Shown here: positions 1-13,382 of the stretch, piece by piece | How the letters are laid out: each line of letters begins with the position of its first letter | Numbering within the stretch: position 1 is the first letter of the stretch | Assembly: GCA_013239625.1 (NCBI GenBank) | Contig: MU054049.1 | Location: 507,015 to 571,014, forward strand | Direction of reading: 5' to 3' | DNA from: Lama guanicoe | Lineage: Eukaryota | Length of the DNA: 64,000 nt | Made by a program: the position numbers and the translations under genes | Notes under the pieces: model-generated | Database searches by the model: none | Told to the model about the DNA's origin: nothing | The model's input: the letters and a program-made list of their open reading frames with translations, nothing else

Positions 1-15
1 CTCCGGCCTGGAGAA
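1..15 (-). CDS. FRMPD2: FRMPD2 coding exon 9 (truncated by window edge), FSRPE
   Basis: Acceptor tttcctcag|TTC TCC AGG CCG GAG; phase 0 after exon 8; matches FRMPD2 ...KFSRPEF. Confidence 0.88.
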
Positions 16-959
16 CTGAGGAAACATGCAGGGTCACTCACGGTAGAGAAGTCATGTTCCACGGGGCTGGACCCCCAGCTGCAGAACTGGGCTTCCCCCA
101 TGGCTTCACACCCCTGAACCACCAGCAGCATGCCCACCCCCAGAGCCAGCGGGAAGTAGGTGCCAGTGAAGTGAAGCTCAACTGGGTCGAGGCCCTAGTA
201 GGCTGGGCATCTGGGAGCGGATGTCTCACAAGTTGGTGTGGTCTGGGGATGTTCAAGCTCTTCTTTCGGGGATCCACTTCATTCTAAATTTCATAATTTA
301 CGCCTCCTTTATATCATCTTTTAATATCTCAAAATTATTAAACACAGTATACCAGACAAATATGTATTATATGCAATAAGTTTTGCTGAAAACAAAAATA
401 CCTTTAGATTTAGATTCAATGAAACGTTTTTCCAGCTCAACCCTGGATATGGAATCAGTTGTGCCCATGAACAGCTATTCTCAGTTTCACAATACTTGCT
501 GTTTCTGTCACACTTGTGACCCAGGAAATGCCTACATACCATCACTATTTAGACCCAGCCATCACCCTGTGCAGTGGGAATTCTCAGCCTGTTTTGCAAG
601 AAGCTGAGACCCCAAAGGGTAAGAAACTCACCCAAATCTAACACCAGTGTGTGATAGGATTGGGCGGGCCTTCTAATGTGTCCCCCAAGAGGCCACCAGT
701 CCTGCCAGGGGGTGACCTGTGTCCTGAAAGAGTTCCCAATAGACGCATCTTTAGTGAGTGGTTATGAAGAAACCCTAAAGCAGGTGAACAAGCCCTCCCT
801 GATGCCGGGTCAGCCATGAAGACTTGACAGTGGCCTTGGAGGGCAGCAGGGGCTGGAGGGGAGTGAGAGCCCGGAGGCACACAGGAGAGGATGTCCTGAG
901 GATACCCTGGGCTCAGCTCATCCCTAGTTTATTGAGCATCTTTAAACAAATCTCTCTGC

Positions 960-1005
<46 letters not shown>

Positions 1006-4000
1006 GCCTTCCGGGGGCATCTGAGTCTGACATTCCCAAAGGATCCCTGATGCTCAGACAGAAGGCCTGGCAGAGGCAGCCTCCTCAGTGAACAGCCTGC
1101 CCAGGAGGGGCTTGTCACAGATCCAGGGCCACCGATTCCCACAGTCATCATGGGCTTGTGTGGTTATTATAAGTTTTTCAAAAGAAACCGAACAAGAAAT
1201 TCACAGAAATACAAAGCACTAATAAGTATATGAAAAATGTCCAATCTGATCTTCACTGTTAATTGAACAAATATAAATGCCATTTTTCAGCCATCAGTAT
1301 GTCAAAGATTACCAATGATAGCATCCTGATTCTAGAATGGTTACACTGAAATAGACACTCATGGGTTGTTGATGAAAGTAAAACTGGTTACATTGCTGGA
1401 AAACGACTTGATGGTATTGTTGGAGGAAACAGTAAAAAATGGGGTCAAAGAAAAAAAAATTTTTAAACAGTTTTTCAGCTAATGATGTTATCGTGCATTG
1501 GGAAGGGACGCTTTTTATCTGACACCGGAAGTGGCTCAGACAGCTGGTGCCAGGGCTGTTTTGGCAGGAAGGTGCATCCTGGGACCACCCTGGATCTCAC
1601 CCTCCAGCACAGGCTCAGCGAACTGGCCCCTTAGCAGAGACCAGCCTGCCAGCAAGAAGTCAGGGGTCCCCAGAGCCATGAGCAGCCTGGACTTCCAAGG
1701 CTTTCAAGCCTCAACTTCCCACGCTTGTCCAAATCCTACTGCCCTGTGTACCAAGCAGAATGGAGAATCTCTCCCCCATGACTGTCCCAGCCAGACCTTC
1801 GGTCCCACATTTCACCTGCTCAGAAGGCCCCTTCCAAGAACATTCCACCTTGCCAGCTCTTACCAGCTCCCGTGTTCTGCCACCACCCCACACCAACGGC
1901 TGTGGACTTCCTGAACCCGGCAGCTTCAACCTTCTGTCCTACAGAGTCTACAGCAAGACCACTCAAGAACATGCCCTGAATTGCACATTTCAGGATGATT
2001 TTAGTCCAGCTCTGTAGATCTCAGCCCAGGGAAGCAGGCCCCCTGGAGGACCCGGCCCATTTTTAGCTGCTGGGTGGGTCATACATGGCTCCCCACTCAC
2101 ACCCGCCTTGGGAGAGCCCTTTGGGCATCTCTGCTCACCTTTCCCCTTCTTTGCAGGAAACCCCTCTGAGAGGGAGAGGCCGGCCGTGAGTTTTCCGGGA
2201 GAGCAGAACCAGAGCTGAGCCGTCGGCCCTCCTGAGGATCTGGGGGCCCTTCAGCAGGAAGTGCGCTGGCCAGGCGGTCAGAGAAGGGGAGCAACAATGA
2301 ACAGTGGAAATAGCTTCCCCCCGACCCTGCATACAGGTGCTCTGCCACAGAGTGTACCCACCTCTGCCCCTTCACCCCATAAGTTGTCATATCTGCTTTG
2401 CCAAGGAGGAAGCTGTGGCCCAGAGAAGTTAGGGCTGCACAGCCGTGGGAGGCAATTTGGAGGCGCAAGGGCTCAGTTCGTCTCCTCCCCGCCACCCCAA
2501 CCCTGTCTCTGCTCACCGTGCTCAGGACAGGCAGACCCTGTGACTGCAGGTCCTGAACACCTTGAGCAGATGATAGGCTGCAGGGCGTTCTGACTTTCCT
2601 CCCTGGAACTGTCTAGAGTGTTCAACATGTTTGGACAATAAACACACATTATTTATGGAATCAGAAAAAAAAAAGCTATTTTCATTGGGATAATAAAAAA
2701 TAGTTTTTTTTCTTTTTTTCCCCAGTTTTTTTTCATTCTTTTTTTAAATTCTTTTATTTTATAGAACTGTAGTCGATTTACAATGTTAGCAATTCTGTCA
2801 TATATATATACATACACACACATATATGTATATATACATATATATTTCAGATTTTTTCCTATTACAACTCATTACAAGAAATTGAATATAGCTCTCTGTG
2901 CTATACAGTAGGTATTTGTTGTTTATCAATTTTACATATAGTAATGTGTATCTGTTAATCCCAAACTCCTAATCTACCCCTCCCTGCAACTTCCCTGCTG
3001 GTAACCATCACTTGTTTTCTATGTCCATGAGTCTATTTCTGGTTTGTAAATAAAATTTGTAGCTTTTTTTTTAGATCCCACATATAAGTGACATTATATG
3101 ATATTTTTCTTTCTCTGATTTACCTCATTTAATATGATAATCTCTAGGTCCATCCATGTTGCTATAAATGGCATTACTTCATTCTTTTTTATGGCTGAGC
3201 AATATTCCACTATATATATACACACCACAACTTCTTTATCTATTCACCTGATGATGGACATTTAGGTTGCTTCCATGCCTTAGCTGTTGTAAACAGTGCT
3301 GCTATGAACATTGGGGTGCATGTATCTTTTCAAATTAAAGTTTTCTCTGTGTATATGGCCAGGAGTGGGATTGCTGGACCATATGGTAAATCTATTTTTA
3401 GTTTTTTAAGGAACTTCCATGGGGACTGTACCAATTTACATTCCCACCAATAGTGTAGGGGGGTTCCTTTTAAAAAATAGAGTTTTAAATAGAGAAAAAA
3501 GCATTGTAAGATGAACTCTGCAGCCTCTCATCAAGGTTGCAGTTGTGTATTTTTTTTTTAATGGAGGTTCAGGGGATTGAACCCAGGACCTTGTGCATGC
3601 TAAACACACGCTCTACCACTGAGCTATACCCTCCCCCACCTTGTTTGTTGGTTTGGTTTATTTTTTTAAGTTTTTTTTCAGCTGTGTATTTGACATCAAG
3701 CTGCCTATAGCCTTTGGCTGAACCATGGGGGACAACAAGTTAATACATATATAAATAAAGCTTCAAAATGCATAATGTTCCAGGTCCGGGACGATATGGG
3801 CCCATGTGGCTTTTGAGCAGACTTGTTAGATTGATTCCAAAAACAGCCACAATTCTTCTCCCTGATCCATGCCCTGTACAGTGAGTTTGCCCCTCCTCCC
3901 ATCAGGAGGTGGAGTCTGTCCCCTACTCCTTGAATCTGGCCTTGCTGTGGCCAATAGGATGAGGTGGAAGTGGTAAAGGGCGAGGGCTAGTTCTGGAGGT

Positions 4001-7000
4001 TCTGGGGCGGTATCTTCTCTCCCTCTTCTTTTCTCCTTCCCTCCCTCCTTCTCTCAACACTGCCACCGTCATGAGAACAATCCCGGGCTAGCTAGCCTGC
4101 TGGTGAAGAGCCAGGGCTCACCTAGACAAGATCCCCCCATCCCCCGGAGTGGAGCTGCCCAGCCGAGCTGCAGCTGATCACAGATGCACACGGGCGTCCA
4201 GCAGAGTCCAGAAGCCCCTCCTACCTGCGCACAGCCAACATTCCCAGCTCACAGACTCAGAGCTAAATTAACCACTGCGCTTATCCCCTGCATTTTGTGA
4301 CTGTTTGTTATGCAGCTTTGTGTGACAATAGATCATCCCAACAACATGGAAGCACACTGTTCTATACCTGAGCCTGAACTTGGGTCCCAGAGGAGACAGA
4401 ATGCCCTGACAGCACAGCTGCCATCAGGCCCCTCATCACCTTGGCTTCATATCTGCTTCAATGTGGCTTTTTCACCTGCCAGTGGAATAGGGTGAGCTTG
4501 TTCTGGCAAAGCCAGGGACTTCTCATTTTTAATAATCAGGAAAAAAAAAAAAAAGCAGGAGCAACGTGGATGGACCTGGAGATCGTCATACTAAGTGAAG
4601 TAAGCCAGATAGAGAAAGACAAGTACCATATGATGTCACTTATATGTGGAATCTACAAAACAAAACAAAAAAAGGCACGAACTTATTTACAAAACAGAGA
4701 GAGACAGACTCACAGACTCACTATAATAAACAAACTTATAGTTACTGAGGGGAAACAGGATAGGGAGGGATAAATTGGGAATTCAGAATCTGTAAGTACT
4801 AGCTACCATATATAAAATAGATAAACAACAGGTCCTGCTGTATAGCACAGGGAACTGTATTCAATACCTTGTAATGGCCTATAATGAAAAAAATATGAAA
4901 AGGAATATATATATATATAACTGAATAACTATGCTGCACACCAGAAATTAACACAACATTGTAAATTGACTATACTTCAATTTTTTTAAAAAAGGAAAGA
5001 AAAAAGAAAGCAAAGTACAGCAACTCCCACACCCACATCCCACACCAAATTCACTGCCCGGTACACCTTGCTGCTCACCTGTTAACAGAGAGGCTGCAGT
5101 GACTGTAAGCTGCGGCGCTCAGTCTGGGCTCTGGGGAGCTCTGGGTCTCTGTGTTTCTCTCTGAAACTAACCAAGCAGCATGGTAGAGGGCACAGGCAGA
5201 GGCAAAGAGCATGGATCTCTTGAATTAAGCAGCCTGGGGTGTGGGTATCAGCATCACAAGTTACTAGCTGTGTGACGTTGACAAAGTTACTTGACCTTTC
5301 TGAGTCTGTTTCCTCATGTGAGAAATGGAAATGGAAATAAGTCACAGAGGGCCTGGGGAGTTTCTAGAGGGAAAGATAAAACCTGACAGCAAAGAGTACC
5401 TTGTCTTAGGGACAACAGACAGTAACATTAATTTTTTAAAGAATCTTAGATTCAGGTGAAAAGTAGAGAACAATAGAAGGCATGAAGATTATTCTAAAAA
5501 GCCCTTCTTTACCTAACACACCTGGAGCAACAAAAACAATCTTTCACAAATTGGCTTTCTTTTCACTCCACCTAGAAATCAATTGAAGGACAATTTTTCT
5601 TTCTTGTTGTTTGTTTAAATTTGTTTTAGCAACTTGGACAGTTAAAAAAAAGGAGCTCAGGCAGTAGAGTACATGCTTAGCATGCACAAGTTCCTGGGTT
5701 CAATCCCCAGTACCTCCGCTAAAAACAAGTAAACCTAATTACCAGCTCCCCCAAGAAAAAAAAGCAAAACAATTTTTTTAAAAGAGTCTAAAAAACCCAA
5801 AGGGCGCTGGACCTACCTCTACAGGGATGCAGACACCCCAAGACCTGCGCGGCTGGGCTCTCGCGGCTCGCCTGATGCAGCCTGTTCCTGAGCAGGTAGC
5901 TCCTGTCCCGCTTCCCGGACGAGCTTTCTTCCACAGCCCTCCGCTCCACCTGAAGGTCAAGTATGTTGCACATCGGTATCCCAAAGTCAAAGGGGGTTAT
6001 TTACATAGATACATACAGCCTGGCTATCAGTTTGAGTCAGTGTGGAAATGTCTGTCCTACCCAGTGGGAGCCCAGCAATGTGCATGGCAGCAACCAGAAC
6101 CAGCTCTGTGCCCACTACCCACACGTCCTACAGGTGGTTCCCTCATCCCGCCCCCCCCCATGCACACCTGTGCCTTTGCTCATGCGTCCCCTCCATGGGC
6201 TAGGGTCTCCCTGATGAGCTCCCCTGTGCCACCAAGACCCAGGGCTACATCCTCTCCACTTCTAACCCTCTCCACTCTGCTCTCAGGGCAGGTATAAATG
6301 TCCTCTCATCACCTTTCCTCATCACTTTACTCACATCTGCCTGTATTACACGATGTTATAGTGAGTTTGCTTGCTTGTCTGTCTCTCCCGCCTTCACCAT
6401 GTGCTATATGCACCATTGTAGCTCACCTAGTTCAGTGCCCCAGTGAGTGTCGAATAAGTGATGGAAATCATTTTCTGATTTCCTGATGGCAAGGCTGCAC
6501 AGTGTGGGGGACAACGACACACCAATGCATGGTAGACCCTAGCATCTTTCAAATAAATAGACCCCCTTCTTTCCCATCAAATCCTCGGGCTCAGTGAATA
6601 GGAGCAACATATTTACAAGCCAAAGAGAAAAAGGGTCCAAGAAGGAGGGTAGGATGGGAGAGGCATTTTCTGATTGACTGTGGGCAGCATCCCACCAGCG
6701 TCCTCTCCTCTCCATCCACACGACTCCTGTGTTAGTGTTGGTCTCAATTCCCCAACACGCTCTCTGGACAAGGGCCATGCTGCCCAGCTGGCACCTCACT
6801 TGCCTCACATGAGCCCCACCTCTGTCCTGGCCTCAAGGGGGACCAAACACTTGTGAAAATCCTGCTCCAGATCTCCTTGTGGGATCAGGTGGAGGTGGTC
6901 TCCACCGGAGATCACTTCCTTACTCGGCTTGTCCCCCGACCTTCCATCACTCCCACTCCTGGGAGCACTTCCCCAATAACTAACTTGCCCAAGAATGCCC

Positions 7001-10000
7001 ATCGCTGGCTTTGCTTCAAGGAGACCCAATGTAAGTCAAATGCTTACTATGAGCCAGACTCATGTGAGCCACAGGGCAGCAAGCAGCCCAGGGCGACAGG
7101 CACAGCAAGGGGACCCTCTGCAGGTACAAGATAGCAGAGGGGAGGGAGTGGCTAGGGACCACATAGGCATGGTCAAGGAAAGCTTCTAGTGCAAGGGCTA
7201 GGGTTGACTTTTGATAGGTGAATGAGTTCATGAGTTATAAATGTGATCGTTTTTACATAAAGAGGCTTTTTCAAAGATCCCCAGGATCTTAGTCACGTTA
7301 GAAATCTAGGCTCACCCAAAGGTCTTCACCAGCACTGCCCAACAGAACTGTAATAACAGGAACGTTCTAGATCTGCCCTGTTTATGAACAACTATATGGC
7401 AACAAATTGGACAACCTAGAGAAATGGACAAGTTTCTAGAAACATATAGTCCACCAGAACTGAATCAAGAAGAAATAGATAATTTGAACAGACTGATTTC
7501 ACTTGAAGTGAAAGACAACCAGTAATAAACAAACAAATAAACAACTCCTTGCAAACAAAAGTCCAGGACCAGATGGCATTACTGGGGAATCCCACTAAGC
7601 ATACAAAGAAGAACTCATGCTGATCCTTCTCAAACTCTTCTGAAAGACTGAAGAGGAGGGAACACTCCCAAACCAGTTCTATGAAGCCACCATCAGCTTG
7701 ATATCAAAACTAGACAAAGACAAAACCAAAGAAGAAAATTACAGGCCAATATCTTTGATGAACATAGATGCAAAAATTCTCAACAAAATAGCAAACCAAA
7801 CCCAACACATAAAAAACATTCTAGATCTGCCCTGTCCGGTATGGTCCTCACCAGCGACAAGTGGCTACTGAACACTTGAAATGTGGTTGGTGTCGCTAAG
7901 GAATTGCGTGTTTTCTTTGACCTCCTTTCAAACTTGGCAAATTTGAATTTCAACAGCCACACGCGGCTGGTGGCTCCCGGGTTGGAAAGCGCAGATCTAC
8001 ACTGACCTGGGAGGTGGTGCCCAGAACCATGCCAACCAGCTGTCTGATGTGGAGATTGGCAGAGGCTGGGTAGACAGTCACTTCTTCCCAGTGAACCCGA
8101 CAAGCTTCCAGGATGGATGGCAGGGACAGCCGCCTGCAGGGCTGGTCTTCGCACATGGTCAGCAGAATGGAGTGCAGGGGCTCACAGAGCTGCAGGGGCT
8201 GGAGAGCAGAGGGGCAGCCGCTGAGTCCACCGCCTTGGCAGGTGTGCGGTGGGGACGACTGGGAACAGATGTTCTCATTAACTAGACAGGTGGCCACTCC
8301 TTCCAGGGAGTTTCGGGAGGGGTACCAGAGACATTACTGAGGCCACAAAATGCTGAGCAATGATCTCTGCACCAGCTGTGTGTAGTCTGCTGCTTTCTCA
8401 TCTGGAAAGTCCTTCAGTGCCTGGCAGTGACTCTGACCATGTGCTTGGAATGTCTACAAAAGACAGATGCTTGACGAAATGGATTTCCGCCTATGCCAAG
8501 CACCCAGAGCACATGGGAGAGCAGCTTTTAACTCACGAGCATCTGGGCAGCTTGTCATTTTCTCAAATGATTTAGGTGGGTCTCACTGGACATTTACCCT
8601 AGAATGGGAGCTCCAGGAGCACAAGGACTGTGGCTTTTTCGCTTCGGAATCTCCAGCGTTCAGCATAAGGTCAGTCAGTCATCACTGGTTGAACTTTATG
8701 TCACATGTACACATCAAGCAGAAGAAACATTAGGTGTTTTATTAAACACTTCCCTCCTGAGTTTAAATGGCCACCATTTACACGGGGAAGGTCTCAAGTT
8801 CAGACTCACAATGAGGCGTTTTCTCCCACTCACCCACACTGCAAGTCATTTTCCAGATGAAAGCTGCACCACCATTCCTTGCCCTGGAGCATCAGTTGTG
8901 AGTGCCTATCTTCACGTGTAACCAGGTTACTGAGTCCTGCACATCAGAGTGCCTCTTACAGCCCTGGGACTGCACACTTACTTGAGACAGAAGGTGGGAG
9001 ACAATCCCTGCCTTCAAGAGGTGCACCATGTGATAAGAAAGACAGTCACTTAAAGAGACAAGGACGGTACAGGCTGATAAGGGCTTTGGTCTCAGGAAGT
9101 ACAAGACATGGCAATAACACAGAGGAAGGGGACCAACTCAGCCTGGGGAGGAAGAAGGGAGACGGGGAAAGAATTTGAACTGAATCTCAAAAAGCACACT
9201 GGGGTTGACCAGGAGAAAAGTGGAGGAGTGAGCCACAGACAGAGGGAGCAGTGTGGGCAAAGGCTGGCATGTGTCTGGAAGGACGGAGGCTGTGGGCAGG
9301 ACCAGGGCCCAGGGCAAAAGGACAATGTAGTTCAAAATTGTTAAGAATTTCAAGACAGTGACAGCAGAGCATTAAATCAAGTGTGGGGCCCTTCCAAGTG
9401 CAGGGCCCTGTGCTATTATGCAGGCCACATGCCCACGAAGCCAGTCCTGATTATGGCTGAGTACCAGAGAGGAACCAGGGCCACAGGTAGGAACCGATCC
9501 TGGACTCCAGGTATGCTCTGCTGAGAAGTGGAACGTAAGCCCACAGGGAGTGGGGAGCAGTGAAAGATTCCACAGGAAAGGGACATGATTAGGTTTCTCT
9601 TAAGGAAGAGCACCCTAAGTGCCGGGATGTTGAATTGGAGAGGGCAAAAGTGAGCTGGAAGGAAGCAAGGATGGAAGGATGGAAGGAAGGAAAGAAGGAA
9701 GGAAGGAAGGAAAGGAAGGAAGGAAGGGAAGGAGGGAGGGAGGGAGGGGTGGAAGGAGTAAAGCAAGGAGGCAAACAGGCTGGGCAGAGTTCTCCAGGAT
9801 GTGTTCTTGTTACACTAGTTTGTACTGAATTCTTATGATGTCAGATGAAAATTTACACACACACACACAAACACACGTATGCACTCTGCAGTCAAAAACT
9901 TTGTAAAGTGCTATGATAAAGTTTAAAAGTTTCTGTGATTTAATCCTTCTCAGTCACTCATAAACTGCTCTGAAAAATCTTCAAGAAGAAGATATTGTAG

Positions 10001-11448
10001 GGAAAATTTTCCCAAATTGATTGAGCACAGAAGCTTTTTTCATGGATGTATCTCACTTCGGGATGGGCTGCTTTATGGTCTTTTTTTTCTTTTAATAAGT
10101 TGGTATCTTCAGTATCTATAAAATCCTCTAGCTTCCTACTTCTTCAAGGCTGGAGTGGCAAACAAGTCTTATCATGTTTGCCGATCCCAAATTGTGGCTG
10201 CCCAGCGTGCCATGTTGAGTAGGAGTCTGAGGTTGTTTCTGGATTCAGTGAGACCAGGTTTTTAATCAACTGTCAATGCCTTCCTAGAACCTAGGAGGAT
10301 AGAGTGATGGCACATAGCTCAACAGATGTGGTCCCTGCCCTGGAGAGAGAAACAAACAAACAGACAACAACAACAACAACAAATGCTAAATAAATCCAAA
10401 GACATGACCTAGCAAGACTTTGATTATCTTCTTTTACAAACCTGATTTGGTGGAACATGAAACCCTGCTGACCAGTAGAGGGTCATTCCTAAAGAATAGA
10501 CATGCATCTGCCCAAGAGAAAAAGCACATGATTAGATTTGTCACCTGTTATTCTGTGGTCCTGTAAACAACATATAATTAATTTCCACGTGTGGCAGACA
10601 TTGTTGGCTGGCTAGCCCAACAAGCACCTGCAACTCCCTTGACCTTTGCTGCATCCTACTCTAGAAGCTGAAAGCCTCAGTGGCTGTGACATTCAATTTT
10701 TGTGAAAGACGTGAGGTAAGTCTGTTAGAGGGCTTCTGAGAAAGTTTGTTCTTTACTGTTAACAGGAGCACATGTGGCTGGTCCCATCTTTTTCACCTTT
10801 CTTTCTGTCTTGAACACTGATGTGATATATGGAATCATGGCAGCCATCTTGTGACCATGAGCCAACAAGCATAAGGACAAGAAGGACAACAGCTAAGGAG
10901 GGTAGAATGGAAATATACAGCCTGGATTCTTGATGATGTTTACTAAATCCCTGACCAATCTCTAGACTTCTTGTTAAGTAAATAATAACTCTATCTGTGG
11001 TTCCAGCTTCTGTATTTTAAGGTTTCTGTTTCTAGTAGCCAAAGCCATCTGTACATGACATACTGGTTCAGCCTGATTAAAAAGCAACATATGTTGTCAG
11101 AAAGCAACGTGGTGCATAATAGAAGAGTATTATCTGACTTCTTTGAGCTTCATCTTTAAAATGAGTAAAAAGTACCTGTAGATGGTAATAATAATTATTA
11201 TTATTGTTTTGTTTTTATTGGACAGAAAGCCCTTATAACAGACCAAGCTTTGCTCCAAGTCTTTAGCTTATATTAACTCATTTAGTCTTCACCACAAATC
11301 CTGGGTATTTAAAATTGTCCCCATTTCACAGAGGAGGAGACTAAAGCAAAGACAAGTTAAGGAACTTGCCCAAATAAAAACTAAAGCCTAAACTTGAACC
11401 CAGGCCCCAGAGCCCTGTCTCTGTCACCTCTGAAGTCCTCCATAAATG

Positions 11449-11491
<43 letters not shown>

Positions 11492-13177
11492 GCTTCTATT
11501 TTAACTGAAAAGGCACATTTCCATTAAAATCTCTCTTTTCATGAAATGACTCCAGGAACTTTGAAAAGGAGATGTTGAATTCACAAAACATGGTATGTAG
11601 AAACACGTGGTTTACTTGAGCAATCGACTGAGTTTAATACAGACGGGTTGGGTTTTGGTTTTCACATCTTAGGTCAAGGGCATGTGTCCAGTGTCACATA
11701 TGCCAATTAGTTCACTTCTTTGTCTGAAATCGTGCTCCTTAACAAGCCAACCACTCCTCTGATAAATGTGACTAGTTCACCAGCTGCACCTTCATTTCCA
11801 AGAACAGATCCTGAGAAGGGCTGCCTGACCATTGCCAGAAACCTCATCGACATCTGGGAACCTACCTGGATTCCAAAGACTCTACCTTAAACTGCCCTAG
11901 GGCAAGGCCTAAGGTCACAATGACAATAGGTTTCATCCCAAATCCCAAGTCCAACCCACTGGTAGTTGCTGCCTGGAGAAGGGTGGTGAGAAGGCAACTA
12001 CTGACTCAGTAGGAAGGAACATCATGATCGATTAATAATGTCTGCCATGAGCATAGGATGGGCTGATGGTGGCATGAGTGACTTGGATTTAGAGACCTGC
12101 CCAGACCTTCCACCTGCACCTGGGACTAACACTCCAAGCAGTGGGGCAAACATCTCGGTGTGCTGGTTAGAGCTGAATGTTGGCCTGAGGAGAGGAGTCA
12201 AGGTATATCCTCCTAATCAGGGCTGCGGGAGGATTCTGAGTGCAGCCTCTCCTGAGACCACTGTCCTGATTGCCTACTCCACCACCCCCAGGACCCGAGC
12301 CAAACTGGATGAAGAGAGGAGCCTGGGATGAATGGAGGAGAACAGCAACTAACAGAACTGAGTGGCAGGGATGCTATAAGACAGAATGGTCAGGTGACTC
12401 TGCTTCCTGGCCTAACAAATAGGGCTCAAGGTCATTGGCTTCTGCTCTTTAAGCCACACTCCCATATGCCACGCCTAGAGAATTAAGCCACCAATAAAAA
12501 TTGCTGTTTGGTTCATTCAGGACTCAGTCCCTGACTGCATTGACTCTCTCTCAGCTCAAACTCACCCTCATCTTCCTGGCGCAGAATCTCAGCAACACAA
12601 CACATCTCCCTGGTTCTTAATTCAGGCTCCTCCTTTAGCCTTGGAACTCTGAGAGCCCTCACTCCTCTCCATGGAGGACCACAGCAGAGGAAGGAGGATG
12701 TTCCCCAGCTCAGCTCAGCTCCAGGATGCTTTGAGCAAAGGAGTGAATAGACCTTCACAGGACACTCAGTGCAGGCCAAGCTGCACTCAGGAAGGTGATG
12801 TCTATTCCTCACCAATGCAAGTTGAGAGGGACAGGGAAAGACCCCCAAAAGCACTCAGGATCTGTCTTAGTCTGGGTCCCAGAGGAAGCAGAATCTGAAG
12901 CAAGGATTAAGTGCTGATACTTCATTTAGGAGCTGCAAGTCCAGGGCAATGAGGGTGAGGAGAAATGGGACAGGGAGGCAAGGATGGGGGTGATGTGTGG
13001 GGTCCTCATGCTGGTAGGTCACTTCCTCGTACCAAGACACAGAGCACAGCAGGAAGCAGAGCAGACATGGCCTCTGCACTCAGAACTTCTCTAGAAAGCC
13101 TGCAAGTCTTGCCTATCCTGAAGCAGTTCATGAAGAAAGAAGAAGGAAGGAATGAACAAACGAACGAAAAAGGAAAG

Positions 13178-13240
<63 letters not shown>

Positions 13241-13327
13241 AAGAAAGAAAAAAAGAGAAAGAAAGAAAGAAGGAAAGAAAGAAAGAGAGGAAGAGAAGGA
13301 GAGAGGGAGGGAGGGAGGGAGGGGGAG

Positions 13328-13382
<55 letters not shown>

